IMG/VR virus record: IMGVR_UViG_3300049795_000015
Span: 1 to 53,319 of that record
DNA length: 53,319 nucleotides
Direction: 5' to 3' (one strand)
From: a virus
Taxonomy: Duplodnaviria > Caudoviricetes
The notes under the pieces were generated by a model, which saw only the letters and a list, made by a program, of their open reading frames with translations, was not told the origin of the DNA and searched no databases. This document shows positions 36,973 to 45,920 of this stretch, in pieces (position 1 is the stretch's first letter; every line of letters begins with the position of its first letter). Made by a program: the position numbers and the translations under genes.

Positions 36973-39171
36973 ATGGCAGCGAAAACAGGACCTAATTTCG
37001 GAATTCAGTACGGATGGAATTTAGGCGAAACATACAAAACAGGAATGGACTTCAACCTTACGCGTGTAGACGCCGTAATGCAGTTGTCCGTACGGTCAAA
37101 AACGACTGCGGCCCCTCCGGGGTCGCCCGCGAATGGGGATCGGTACATCATCCCTTCCGGGGCGTCAGGAGTGTGGGCCGGAAAAACGGGGCAGATCGCG
37201 GTACGGCAGGAGGCGGCGTGGATTTACCTTACTCCGTTTCTCGGATGGCGTTGCAACGTAGAAGACGTGGACACGATGTATCGTTTCGACGGCTCCGCAT
37301 GGGGGCAACAAGCCGTCGTCGCCCATCCTTCGTCCTTGAACGACGATTTCGCGCAAGATACCGCGACGACGACCGGCACCACGTACGGGTACAAGGCCGG
37401 GAGAATCGCTTTGCGCGGCATCGTCGCGCTTGTCGCCTCAAGCACGATCGCCCTCACCGTGAGCGCAACGAATTACGTCGAGGTGTCGGGAGCGGGAACG
37501 GTGAGCGCGAATACCACGGGCTTCACGGCAGGTAAATTCGCGATGGCTATCGTCGTAACTAGTTCTAGCGCGATAACTAGCGTTACTGATAAGCGGTATT
37601 TCGTAACGGCACCGAGAGAAGTCATATCAGGCGGGACGATCGGGCAACTCCTGGCGAAAAACAGTTCCTCAGATAACGACACAACTTGGGTCGACCCCTC
37701 GTCCGTTTCGTACGCCCTGCCTGTCTCTACTGCATCGGTATTAGGCGGCATCAAGTTCGGGCACCGGCTAACGGTCAACAGCAGTAGCGGCGTGGCCGAC
37801 GTGATTGACCCCTCTACGGGAGACCTCACGGACTTCGCGCAAGATACCGCGACGACGACCGGCACCACGTACGGGTACAAGGCCGGGGGTATTCGATCCG
37901 ACGCAGTGCCCGCGTCCGTTTCGGCGGGAACAATAGCCCTCACCGTGAGCGCAACGAATTACGTCGAGGTGTCGGGAGCGGGAACGGTGAGCGCGAATAC
38001 CACGGGCTTCACTCCCGGCCGCCTCGCGATGGCTGTCGTCGTAACTAGTTCTAGCGCGATTACAAGCGTCACTGATAAGCGGGCCGCGTACAGCATTTCG
38101 TCGGCCGTAAGCGGCACGGCCCCCGTTACGATAGCGTCGTCTACGACCCCGGCCATTGGCGCGGCAACGTCTCAAGACGTGACCCTCTCGGGCACAGCGC
38201 TTGTAACGGGGTTCGACACCTGCGCGGCGGGAACCAAGCGTTTTGTGACCTACAGCGGCGAAGTGCCGATGGCACATAATGCGGTTTCTCTCATTCTCGT
38301 CGGGTCTCAGAACCGTACGAACCACGTAGGCGACGTGTCCCTCTTCCAGTCCCTTGGCTCTGCCAATTGGAAGGAGCTAGACTTCCAGCGGGTGGCCGGG
38401 GTGCGAGAAGTGCTGACGGCGGCGCGTACCTACTACGTTCGAACAGATGGCAGCGATAGCAACAACGGCTTGGCGAATACCGCAGGGGGCGCTTTCCTGA
38501 CTATACAAAAAGCCGTTGACGTTTTGTGTAACACCCTGGACAACAACGGCAACGCGGTAACGATCCAGGTCGCCGATGGCACGTACACGGGAGCCGTTTC
38601 TTTAAAAACGTATGTAGGGTCCGCAATGCCCACGGTTCAGGGGAATAACGGGGCGCCCGCCAACGTACTGATATCGGTCACGTCAGCGAATGCGTTCGCC
38701 CTGTCCTCGGCTGCGACCTGGCAGATAAACGACTTAAAGATCGTGACGACTACGAGCGGATACTGCATCACCGCTACCAATAACGCACGCATAGGTTTTT
38801 CCAATATCAACTTCGGCGCCGGCGCGTCAGGCCACATCCTCGGTCAGAACTACGGCGTGCTAACGGCCACGGGGAACTATGCGATATCAGGCGGCGCTCC
38901 GTTCCACATTATCGGCACGGACGGCGCAGCTATCACCATTGCGGGCATGACCGTTACCCTGACCGGCACCCCCACGTGGGGAACGGCGTTCTGTTATCTG
39001 CGCACCTTGGCGATCCTCTCGACTAGTAACACAGCGACCTTCACCGGTGCCGCAACTGGCTCCCGCTACAACATCTCGCTAAACGCGGCGGCGTTCGTAA
39101 ATGGACAGGGGACCGCGTACTTCCCCGGCAGTACCGCAGGGGCTACCGCCACGGGAGGGCAATATGGTTAA
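36973..39171 (+). CDS. Tail fibre (DUF2793-like N-terminus, internal duplication, beta-helix-like C-terminus)
   Basis: PPGSPANGDRYII..G.WAG; YYVRTDGSDSNNG..AFLTIQKA..IQVADGTY. Confidence 0.85.
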   Translation: MAAKTGPNFGIQYGWNLGETYKTGMDFNLTRVDAVMQLSVRSKTTAAPPGSPANGDRYIIPSGASGVWAGKTGQIAVRQEAAWIYLTPFLGWRCNVEDVDTMYRFDGSAWGQQAVVAHPSSLNDDFAQDTATTTGTTYGYKAGRIALRGIVALVASSTIALTVSATNYVEVSGAGTVSANTTGFTAGKFAMAIVVTSSSAITSVTDKRYFVTAPREVISGGTIGQLLAKNSSSDNDTTWVDPSSVSYALPVSTASVLGGIKFGHRLTVNSSSGVADVIDPSTGDLTDFAQDTATTTGTTYGYKAGGIRSDAVPASVSAGTIALTVSATNYVEVSGAGTVSANTTGFTPGRLAMAVVVTSSSAITSVTDKRAAYSISSAVSGTAPVTIASSTTPAIGAATSQDVTLSGTALVTGFDTCAAGTKRFVTYSGEVPMAHNAVSLILVGSQNRTNHVGDVSLFQSLGSANWKELDFQRVAGVREVLTAARTYYVRTDGSDSNNGLANTAGGAFLTIQKAVDVLCNTLDNNGNAVTIQVADGTYTGAVSLKTYVGSAMPTVQGNNGAPANVLISVTSANAFALSSAATWQINDLKIVTTTSGYCITATNNARIGFSNINFGAGASGHILGQNYGVLTATGNYAISGGAPFHIIGTDGAAITIAGMTVTLTGTPTWGTAFCYLRTLAILSTSNTATFTGAATGSRYNISLNAAAFVNGQGTAYFPGSTAGATATGGQYG
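37345..38082 (+). repeat. 252-bp (84-aa) direct repeat in the tail fibre: 37345-37596 and 37831-38082
   Basis: DFAQDTATTTGTTYGYKAG...SSAITSVTDKR occurs twice, 486 bp apart. Confidence 0.92.
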
Positions 39172-39619
39172 ATGGTTCGATCGACGCGGACGCCCCCTAC
39201 CGCGCTCACTCCTCGGCGTCTTTCGCAAGACGCTCCTGCTCGCCGACACGACAACGATTCGCGTACTCCTGGCGAACGCCTCTCTCCTGTGGGCGGTTGC
39301 CTTGGCGTACGACACCGATGCCTTCCGGCACGGATGCTGCGGCCTGATGAACACGTTCGGGGACGAAACCACATGGGCGTTGCTGTTCAGCGCTTATTTT
39401 GTTCTCACGTATTGGCGCTTAATCGACCGGAGGGCGAGGCCGCGATGGGCGGTAGCCGTGAACACTTTCGGCTTGTTTTTGTGGCTAACCTCCACGTTAT
39501 CTATTAATATTGCGGCAGGGCATTTCGACCCTTCTACTGCCCTGGAATGGGTGCTGTGCGCTGCGAGTGCTTGGGCGCTCTACCGAACGGGCCTGAAAAC
39601 GGAGGTAGTCACCCCATGA
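39164..39619 (+). CDS. Multi-pass membrane protein (lysis region)
   Basis: About 4 hydrophobic segments; GGGAGG RBS before ATG 39164. Confidence 0.7.
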   Translation: MVKWFDRRGRPLPRSLLGVFRKTLLLADTTTIRVLLANASLLWAVALAYDTDAFRHGCCGLMNTFGDETTWALLFSAYFVLTYWRLIDRRARPRWAVAVNTFGLFLWLTSTLSINIAAGHFDPSTALEWVLCAASAWALYRTGLKTEVVTP

Positions 39620-40065
39620 GTGCCGAAAAACAGCAATCTTTGGCGTCTCTGTACCTCCCCGCAGAGCTGCCTTTCGGGATGCAGTCCGGGGGCGTTCTGG
39701 CAACCGTACTATCCGTTATCGCCGTCGTTTTGTGGCTACGTCGACGTGTTAGTCGAGACGGTCTAGAGATGACCAAGGATCACAGCGAAAAAACGCTAAT
39801 CGAAAAGCTACGAGAAGAGCGAGATAAGGCCCTCTCGCACGCAGAAGAAGCCTGGGGCCGCCGCACCGATGACGCTGCGGCAATCGCCAAGTTGACCTCC
39901 GAAGTTGGTCATCTATCCGCGAACAACTTCGCCCTTACGCAGCACGTAGTTCGGCTCGAAGAAAAAGTCACGCAACTTAGTCGGCTCATCGCTCAGTTCG
40001 CGCCGAGTGAAGTAGGCCAATTGTTCGGCAAAGACACTAACCAAACGGGGAGGAGTTCAATATGA
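39616..40065 (+). CDS. Single-TM coiled-coil protein (holin/antiholin-like)
   Basis: One TM followed by RRR and a coiled coil; GGAGG RBS. Confidence 0.65.
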   Translation: MSAEKQQSLASLYLPAELPFGMQSGGVLATVLSVIAVVLWLRRRVSRDGLEMTKDHSEKTLIEKLREERDKALSHAEEAWGRRTDDAAAIAKLTSEVGHLSANNFALTQHVVRLEEKVTQLSRLIAQFAPSEVGQLFGKDTNQTGRSSI

Positions 40066-40379
40066 AAATGCTCGACAAATGGATCGGCCGAGGTAAGGCC
40101 CTGGTAGACGGCAGCGCATGGCTCATGATTCTGCCGTTTTTGTTTTTAATGTGGTACATCGATCCGATCGAGACCAAGACCAAGTTATTGTTCCTGCTGC
40201 AGCTACCTGTCATCGTCGGCGTGGCCTTGATGCTTGCGCGCGTGGCCGTGCCTGCGTTGAGCATCACCGAGTTGATGCGCGAGGTGAGAGCCGGGAACGT
40301 CGCGGCCGGCGTCACGTTGCTCGGCCTTCTCGTGTTTGTCGGCCTGGTCGTGATGACTGCGGCCGGTTGGACGAAGTAA
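40062..40379 (+). CDS. Putative holin
   Basis: 105 aa, 3 TM segments, directly upstream of the endolysin. Confidence 0.65.
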   Translation: MKMLDKWIGRGKALVDGSAWLMILPFLFLMWYIDPIETKTKLLFLLQLPVIVGVALMLARVAVPALSITELMREVRAGNVAAGVTLLGLLVFVGLVVMTAAGWTK

Positions 40380-40380
40380 C

Positions 40381-40992
40381 ATGATTTCCGCTGCCGCCAA
40401 GTTGTACATCGGTATGCTTGTGGCCTTCCAGGTGCAGTATTGGCCGTCAGCGTATCTCCCGTCTTTCATGGCGTCGATGGTCGAGGCGGAGTCGCGCTGG
40501 AACCCGAACGCACAACTGAAATCCGATCGCGAGTGGGGAACGTCGTTCGGACAATGGACCACGGCGTATAACAAAGACGGCTCCGTCCGGTTCAATGCGT
40601 GGGCCGACGTGAAGAAGGCGCACCCCGACGAGTTAAAAGGATGGGCCGACCGCTTCGAGCCGGCCTACAACCTCAAAGCGGTCGTCTTGTCTAACCGATC
40701 TACCTGCAAAGCGTTTGAAGGGCTTGGCGCCACGCCTGACGACGTTCTACGCATGTGCGTATCGGCGCACAACGGCGGGGCCGGATCGGTGAGGCAGGAT
40801 CGCTTGAAGTGCCGCATGACTCCGGGCTGCGATCCGACGCGATGGCGAGGCAACGTAGAGGCAACGAGTTACAAGTCGAGTCAACCGTCGCAATACGGGC
40901 GGTCGTATCTCAAGATCAATCGGGATTATGTCGTACGGGTCGTCGACGAGTACCGACCGAAATATGATCCTTACTTCAGGAGCGCACAATGA
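40381..40992 (+). CDS. Endolysin, SLT-like lytic transglycosylase
   Basis: VEAESRWNPNA, GQW, SAHNGGAG, INRDYV. Confidence 0.85.
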   Translation: MISAAAKLYIGMLVAFQVQYWPSAYLPSFMASMVEAESRWNPNAQLKSDREWGTSFGQWTTAYNKDGSVRFNAWADVKKAHPDELKGWADRFEPAYNLKAVVLSNRSTCKAFEGLGATPDDVLRMCVSAHNGGAGSVRQDRLKCRMTPGCDPTRWRGNVEATSYKSSQPSQYGRSYLKINRDYVVRVVDEYRPKYDPYFRSAQ

Positions 40993-41468
40993 TTTCATTC
41001 CTAGACCCTCGCCTGTGGCTCGCGACGATCGCCCTGATCGCGGTGTCGTTCATGGCCGGCGATTGGAACGGCGTGCATAGCGAGAAAAAGAAGACCGAAC
41101 TACGCGACAGTAAGGTCGCGGTTGAAACCCTAACCGCAAAACAGGACATCGACAGGGAAATGCGCAAAGGGGTCGACGCCTTGATTGCGCAAAACCAAAC
41201 GGAGAAACAAAATGCGAAAACTAGCAACGATAATCTGCATACTGCTTTGCTCACTGGTGCTAAGCGGTTGTCCGTCGCCGTTACTTCGGCCTGTCCAAGC
41301 GGAAATACCGGCGCTGCCGCTACAGAAACGCGAGCCGACCTTTTGCCAGCGGTTGCTGTCGCTATTCACGACATCGGAGCCGAAAGCGACGATGCGGTGC
41401 GGGACCTCAACACTTGTATCGACGCCTACAACGCAGTGAGAGACACCAACAATACGAAAGGAAAATAA
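40989..41468 (+). CDS. Inner-membrane spanin (Rz-like)
   Basis: N-terminal TM, coiled coil, G.KRLSV..C, L..C..AY. Confidence 0.85.
   Translation: MISFLDPRLWLATIALIAVSFMAGDWNGVHSEKKKTELRDSKVAVETLTAKQDIDREMRKGVDALIAQNQTEKQNAKTSNDNLHTALLTGAKRLSVAVTSACPSGNTGAAATETRADLLPAVAVAIHDIGAESDDAVRDLNTCIDAYNAVRDTNNTKGK
41212..41439 (+). CDS. Embedded outer-membrane spanin lipoprotein (Rz1-like)
   Basis: GGAGA RBS; signal MRKLATIICILLCSLVLSG|C lipobox; Pro-rich; +1 frame within Rz. Confidence 0.85.
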   Translation: MRKLATIICILLCSLVLSGCPSPLLRPVQAEIPALPLQKREPTFCQRLLSLFTTSEPKATMRCGTSTLVSTPTTQ

Positions 41469-41535
41469 CGATGCCGTTCCTACTGTTCTTATGGATGTTT
41501 TTGTGCGTGCCGATCTTCGCGATGATCGGATAGCT

Positions 41536-41562
41536 AAGACGGCTTCGGCCGTCTTTTCTTTT
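41536..41562 (+). terminator. Terminator between convergent operons
   Basis: AAGACGGC-TTCG-GCCGTCTT plus T-run. Confidence 0.8.
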
Positions 41563-41964
41563 TCAGAATAGCGATAGTTGTTCACCCCACGTGTCGGGCC
41601 ATACCCACGCGCCTTTCTGTGCGTTCGGTTTCCAGTGGATGACTTGCAAATTCCAAGGGACGTGCAGGCCGCTGACCGTCTTGCCGCACTTCGGAACGAT
41701 ATGATCGACGACATGCAGTTCCCCGGTTTCTTCGGTCCTCCTGCGCGCCTCCGCGTAAAATGCGGCGATCGCCTTCATGTCCGCCCACGGCGGCGTGCGG
41801 CGCTTGGTCTGCGCCCGATGGACCATACCTTCTTTACCGGGAGGGCAGGCCAATGGTCGCTTGATCACAATAAGGAACAAAGGACCGATATGATACCCGC
41901 CGACAAGTGCGAGGGGCTTAGTCATCGCCCTGTTCCCGTTGTGCCTGCCCGTAGGCACGATCAT
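41563..41964 (-). CDS. HNH endonuclease with C-terminal QLSLF
   Basis: RTPPWAD, VDHIVP..G..VSGLHVPWNLQVI..N..K; start uncertain. Confidence 0.8.
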   Translation of the reverse strand: MIVPTGRHNGNRAMTKPLALVGGYHIGPLFLIVIKRPLACPPGKEGMVHRAQTKRRTPPWADMKAIAAFYAEARRRTEETGELHVVDHIVPKCGKTVSGLHVPWNLQVIHWKPNAQKGAWVWPDTWGEQLSLF

Positions 41965-42116
41965 AGGCGTCTTGGACCAGTTTTTACATGGGCGGCGACG
42001 TGTGCCCGGTCGCGGGTGAACTGGCGACATGCCTTGACATCGTAATCGCATTCGCAGCCGCAATTCGGTTCGCACGTCCAGTTGTCCCGTGCGAAGCGTT
42101 CAGAAAGGGCAGACAT
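41961..42116 (-). CDS. Small Cys-rich protein (51 aa; not in ORF track)
   Basis: GGAGG RBS; MSALSERF..CEPNCGCEC..C; stop overlaps the HNH ATG. Confidence 0.5.
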   Translation of the reverse strand: MSALSERFARDNWTCEPNCGCECDYDVKACRQFTRDRAHVAAHVKTGPRRL

Positions 42117-42585
42117 CGTTTCCTCCTACGGGTGTACCGAAGCACTCAAGCGGCATATCGTCCTCGCTCACTCCTCGCCGCTTCAGTTGATTGTAAAGGC
42201 CACGGGGGTGCGAATCGCACTCGGGGTGCGTCGTACGATGCGGGAAGTGATTTCCCTTGCTCGCGTCAGGCCCGCTACAGTGACACAGGTTGCGCCTGTT
42301 GTACGCACGGCCCTCGATACGCCATCCTTTGCGGTTATTGCACACCGGGCACCGAGGCACGATCTTGTAGTCGTCCGGGTGCATCGAGGTGACGCGACGA
42401 TGCCGACACGCGTTATGTCGACAACGAACGGAGTAGGTCGTCACGTTGTTTTCGCTTTCCGGTAGCGCTCCGGTCTGAAACGTTGATCTGCGTTGGCGCA
42501 GCCATTGTGCTGTAGTTGCCGCTTGCCGTTGCGCCGGACGAAGTGCCCTTGCCCTGCCGATACGGTTTTTCGGCAGTGTACGCAT
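42100..42585 (-). CDS. Cys/His-rich Zn-finger protein (start may be GTG 42444)
   Basis: C..C, CPVC, CHC..FPHR..C. Confidence 0.65.
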   Translation of the reverse strand: MRTLPKNRIGRARALRPAQRQAATTAQWLRQRRSTFQTGALPESENNVTTYSVRCRHNACRHRRVTSMHPDDYKIVPRCPVCNNRKGWRIEGRAYNRRNLCHCSGPDASKGNHFPHRTTHPECDSHPRGLYNQLKRRGVSEDDMPLECFGTPVGGNDVCPF

Positions 42586-42600
42586 AGGCCGGGAAATTTG

Positions 42601-42828
42601 TTATTCACGGTCGAGGCCGAACGGATCGAGGCGGTTCATTATGGCGGGTCGAGGCGCACTCGACATCGCGCGCACAGGCCGGATAATCTCGTCCATGCGA
42701 GGCACGACCCCCATGCGCTCGACGGTGTGCCCCGCAGCCTCGAAGCGCTGCGCGACATCCGCCTCCCGTACGACGGTCGTGCTACAATCCTGATGCGTAA
42801 CTAGCCACGCTTCCCGATGTTTGCACAT
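42601..42828 (-). CDS. Hypothetical protein
   Basis: 75-aa ORF in operon order. Confidence 0.55.
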   Translation of the reverse strand: MCKHREAWLVTHQDCSTTVVREADVAQRFEAAGHTVERMGVVPRMDEIIRPVRAMSSAPRPAIMNRLDPFGLDRE

Positions 42829-42831
42829 GAC

Positions 42832-43554
42832 CTATTTCCGAATAGTCCAAAAGTCATCGGCCAGCTTGCGACTGGCGAGGTAGTCGAACGGCATCGTGAA
42901 GTACCCGCCTTGCCCCCACTGGTCGCCCCAAGAGTTTCGTACCTTGAAGCGTTGCGCGGCCAGGTCGTAGCCGACTGCTTCGACGGCGTGACCGCCGAGG
43001 ATCGACTCGCCGTGTTGCGGCAGATTGACGGCGCCCGTCGTCGCGACTTCTTCGCTCTCGAAAGAATCGTAGACGGTGAAGCCGAACACGAAAGGGCTTT
43101 CCATCGCGAGGCAGTTCAGCATGTCGTCGACAGTCGAGAGGCGCATGTACTCCGAAATCTTGAACGGCAAGGCGTCGTCGAAGCACTTCGCGGGCGGTTT
43201 TTTCTTGAAGTTCTCCGGCGTGTAGGGCCATTCGGCTTCGAGGCAGCAGCCGGCTTTGGACAGGAATTTCACGCCGTCGCGGATTCGGGCGCCGGCATCG
43301 GTGCGGATAGTATGCTCGATCGCGCGCTCCCCGCGGTAGATGAACTGTCGCGAGAAGATTTGATCGCCGTGTAGGAAGGCCATCTGCCCGCCGAGAGCAT
43401 TGGCCGTGCACGAGCCTTCCTGCCCTTGGTCGAACGGCGGCGGAAACTTGGCGGTCAAGTCGATCGAAGGCGGGCGCGCGATACCGTGCGGCAGGGCGAA
43501 TACGTGATCGCGCGGGTCGTGCTCATCGGGAAGCCAGTTGTAACGTTTTTTCAT
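42832..43554 (-). CDS. Papain-like (C1A) cysteine peptidase
   Basis: DQGQEGSCTANA (Gln, Cys), GGHAV (His), VRNSWG..WG..GYF (Asn). Confidence 0.93.
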   Translation of the reverse strand: MKKRYNWLPDEHDPRDHVFALPHGIARPPSIDLTAKFPPPFDQGQEGSCTANALGGQMAFLHGDQIFSRQFIYRGERAIEHTIRTDAGARIRDGVKFLSKAGCCLEAEWPYTPENFKKKPPAKCFDDALPFKISEYMRLSTVDDMLNCLAMESPFVFGFTVYDSFESEEVATTGAVNLPQHGESILGGHAVEAVGYDLAAQRFKVRNSWGDQWGQGGYFTMPFDYLASRKLADDFWTIRK

Positions 43555-43555
43555 A

Positions 43556-43861
43556 TCAATCCTTCTTTGCTGCGGTATTACCTGCGATGGGTGCAGGACC
43601 CCCTATCGCCGCGACGCGCAAGGCGTTTTCCGCGACGAGTGCTACGCGACGATGCCAGTCGTTGATGCTCGTACCTGGCAAGCGTTGCTTGGCGTCGATA
43701 ATAAGACGCAACGCCTCTTCGTACACGGCGAGTTTGCGCTCCGTGTCGGGATTGATCGCGAATACGTCGGCCTGTACTGCGAGACAGCAGGAGTCCGCAC
43801 CGGGGTCCGACGAGAAGACGGAGGCGTTGCAGTGTTTGCAGAGGTATGCGGTGACGATCAT
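43556..43861 (-). CDS. Hypothetical protein
   Basis: CKHC..CC N-terminus; operon coupling. Confidence 0.6.
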   Translation of the reverse strand: MIVTAYLCKHCNASVFSSDPGADSCCLAVQADVFAINPDTERKLAVYEEALRLIIDAKQRLPGTSINDWHRRVALVAENALRVAAIGGPAPIAGNTAAKKD

Positions 43862-44022
43862 GTCTTTTTACTTTCAGTCTTGGCGCCGGCCGCACGCAGC
43901 ACGTCGCATTGTTTGTGGATGACGCGCCACTGGCCGTTGACCTTTTCGATGTAGCCTGCAAGGGGCGCTACGGACTCTCCGCAGCGGCAGCAGACCCCTC
44001 CGAATACATTGGTGCGCTGCAC
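43858..44022 (-). CDS. Small Zn-binding hypothetical protein (54 aa; not in ORF track)
   Basis: N.FGGVCCRCG..V..G...H..C; stop overlaps the next ATG. Confidence 0.55.
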   Translation of the reverse strand: MQRTNVFGGVCCRCGESVAPLAGYIEKVNGQWRVIHKQCDVLRAAGAKTESKKT

Positions 44023-44024
44023 GG

Positions 44025-44273
44025 CTACAGTTCCAACTCGATCGGGTCAAGCGCAGCGCGAATAGCCTCTTCGAGTCGCCCCGTAGGCGGCGTCGTCTGA
44101 CCGTTCCACGTGAGGACGTGTTCGGAAATGCTCTTGCCGAATCCGGTCTGTGTCTCTTGCCAGTATTCGCCGTTCCACCAACTGCGCGTAGTCGTCAGGT
44201 CGTCGAGGTCGGTGTCGTACCATCCGATATGTTCGGGCGGTGTGTTCGCGGGGTAGGACGGCGATACGTTCAT
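44025..44273 (-). CDS. Hypothetical protein
   Basis: PEHIGWY..SWWNGEYW; ATGA coupling. Confidence 0.7.
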   Translation of the reverse strand: MNVSPSYPANTPPEHIGWYDTDLDDLTTTRSWWNGEYWQETQTGFGKSISEHVLTWNGQTTPPTGRLEEAIRAALDPIELEL

Positions 44274-44518
44274 GGCATCTCGATATCGTGAGGGATGTTT
44301 AAGGCGTCGAGCAAAGCGATTGCGCGTTCAAGTCGTCGCGTCAGAACGAAGTTAGTCGCCTCGACGGACTCCCCCGCAGTTATCCTCGCCGCCCACTCCG
44401 GCAGGTTCAACGCCGCAGTACGATCGTCGGAGAGGCCCGCGCCCGGTTTCTCGCGGACCATCTGCCGCACGGCCTCGCTTACCGGATCGTTCTTCGAAAG
44501 CCATTTGAAAAAGTTCAC
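44270..44518 (-). CDS. Hypothetical protein
   Basis: GTGA coupling, GGAGA RBS. Confidence 0.65.
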   Translation of the reverse strand: MNFFKWLSKNDPVSEAVRQMVREKPGAGLSDDRTAALNLPEWAARITAGESVEATNFVLTRRLERAIALLDALNIPHDIEMP

Positions 44519-44883
44519 AGTCCATCTCCCTGCAGCATTGCGTAAAGTTTCTCAACGACGTATCGTTCACCGGGCGTCGCCGAGTCGTACGGGTCGAAGT
44601 ACCCCTGGAAGCGTTTCTGCACGCCCGCCACGGGGTTAAGTCGCCTCACCATAGCCTCATAGTAGTCTGCCGGCGCGGAGGGCACCGTGGGCGCGCTAAC
44701 AGGCCCGAAGTCGTCTTCGTCAGGGGCGCCGGCCGCGCCGTTCAAGATCGTCGCCCACTCGGCGAAGACTGTGAGCGTGTTCGAATACTGCCGCACGTCC
44801 GGGCCGAAGGCGTTGCCCTTCGCGCAGGATGCGTTGAAACCTTCGATGACCTCTTCGTACAGCGACTGTGCGGTGTACCTCAT
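44515..44883 (-). CDS. Hypothetical protein
   Basis: 122 aa, ATGA coupling. Confidence 0.7.
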   Translation of the reverse strand: MRYTAQSLYEEVIEGFNASCAKGNAFGPDVRQYSNTLTVFAEWATILNGAAGAPDEDDFGPVSAPTVPSAPADYYEAMVRRLNPVAGVQKRFQGYFDPYDSATPGERYVVEKLYAMLQGDGL

Positions 44884-45110
44884 TTCGATAGCAACACGCC
44901 GTTGAGCGCGAGCCTGTTTGTCACTGCGGTTTCCATGTCGACACCGAGGGCATCGGCCAGTGCCAATACGCCGAGGAACACTTTAGCGAGGTCCGCGTCA
45001 GTAGCGCGGTGAGGCGCTTCGCACGTATCCTCGCAAGCGTCTTCGAGGGTCCACGTGGCTTTCGTAGCGGATACCTTCGGCAAACGCCGTTGCAAGTCAC
45101 GGATATCCAC
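44880..45110 (-). CDS. Degenerate MazG-like protein
   Basis: DLA.V..V..LADALGVDMETAV..RL..N pattern. Confidence 0.45.
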   Translation of the reverse strand: MDIRDLQRRLPKVSATKATWTLEDACEDTCEAPHRATDADLAKVFLGVLALADALGVDMETAVTNRLALNGVLLSK

Positions 45111-45577
45111 TAGTCGTCTCCGTTCAGGTATTCGTTGTGCGGTGTAATTTCGCTAGGGCGAAACGGCGATTTCACGAACCCCCAGTGGTGCCGCTTGCGG
45201 AACGTGATGAACAGCGTCCAAGTTGTTGTGCCTTCCGGCAGTTCGAGTTTGTGGGCGTCGGTGTGACGGCGAAACAAGATCGATCCGGCGCCGTAGCGCT
45301 TGAGCGACGTACCGACGTAATAACCGTGACGGTAGACATGCCGTTCTTCCTTGTACTCGCCTTCGAGAAGGATCGAGACGAAGGCCCACGGGTGATTGTG
45401 ATGCGCTCGGTCTAAATCGCTTCGCAAAATATGGTGTACGCGAATCGATGGGAGCCATGCGCGGTAGTTCGGCGCGTAGTACGAGTTGAACAGCCAGTAT
45501 CGCTCCATGTAGCCGACGAGATGCGTATAAGGCGTTTTGCGGGCGCGTGCGATGGTCCATTTTGTCAGGCGGGTCAT
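45110..45577 (-). CDS. Cupin-like phage protein
   Basis: HHILRSD.DR.HHNHPW.F.S..L.G.Y.E...H...WTLFIT..WGF. Confidence 0.7.
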   Translation of the reverse strand: MTRLTKWTIARARKTPYTHLVGYMERYWLFNSYYAPNYRAWLPSIRVHHILRSDLDRAHHNHPWAFVSILLEGEYKEERHVYRHGYYVGTSLKRYGAGSILFRRHTDAHKLELPEGTTTWTLFITFRKRHHWGFVKSPFRPSEITPHNEYLNGDD

Positions 45578-45774
45578 GGCGTTCTCCCTGTTTTGCCGCA
45601 GGCAGGCGGGTACGGATCGTTCATGTCCCATCCGATACCGCACTCGTCGCAGAGCATTTGGTCGGAGCGCTGCGAAGCCGCGCAACGTGCTTGAGGCACG
45701 AATATCTTGCCGTTGTCGATCGCGATGCCCTTGGCCGTTTCAAGATCAAACTTACACACGAGAGACAGCTTCAT
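45574..45774 (-). CDS. Small Zn-ribbon protein
   Basis: C..SDQMLCDECG..WDMNDP.PP.C; ATGA coupling. Confidence 0.6.
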   Translation of the reverse strand: MKLSLVCKFDLETAKGIAIDNGKIFVPQARCAASQRSDQMLCDECGIGWDMNDPYPPACGKTGRTP

Positions 45775-45920
45775 TCGTCGTCTTTCTTCAAAAATATGGT
45801 TAGCAATTCGCACGACAGAAACAATACGCAGCCAACTCGCGGGTAGTCCATCGCGGCCAGTGTAATCGCGATAGCGGTGTAGGCGAGCGCGACGACAACG
45901 TGGCGGCGATCGATCTTCAT
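45771..45920 (-). CDS. Small membrane protein (49 aa; not in ORF track)
   Basis: Two hydrophobic stretches; ATGA coupling at both ends. Confidence 0.5.
   Translation of the reverse strand: MKIDRRHVVVALAYTAIAITLAAMDYPRVGCVLFLSCELLTIFLKKDDE

Noticed and set aside
37345-38082. Diversity-generating retroelement TR/VR pair
   Set aside because: No reverse transcriptase; differences are not adenine-specific; both copies lie in one ORF.
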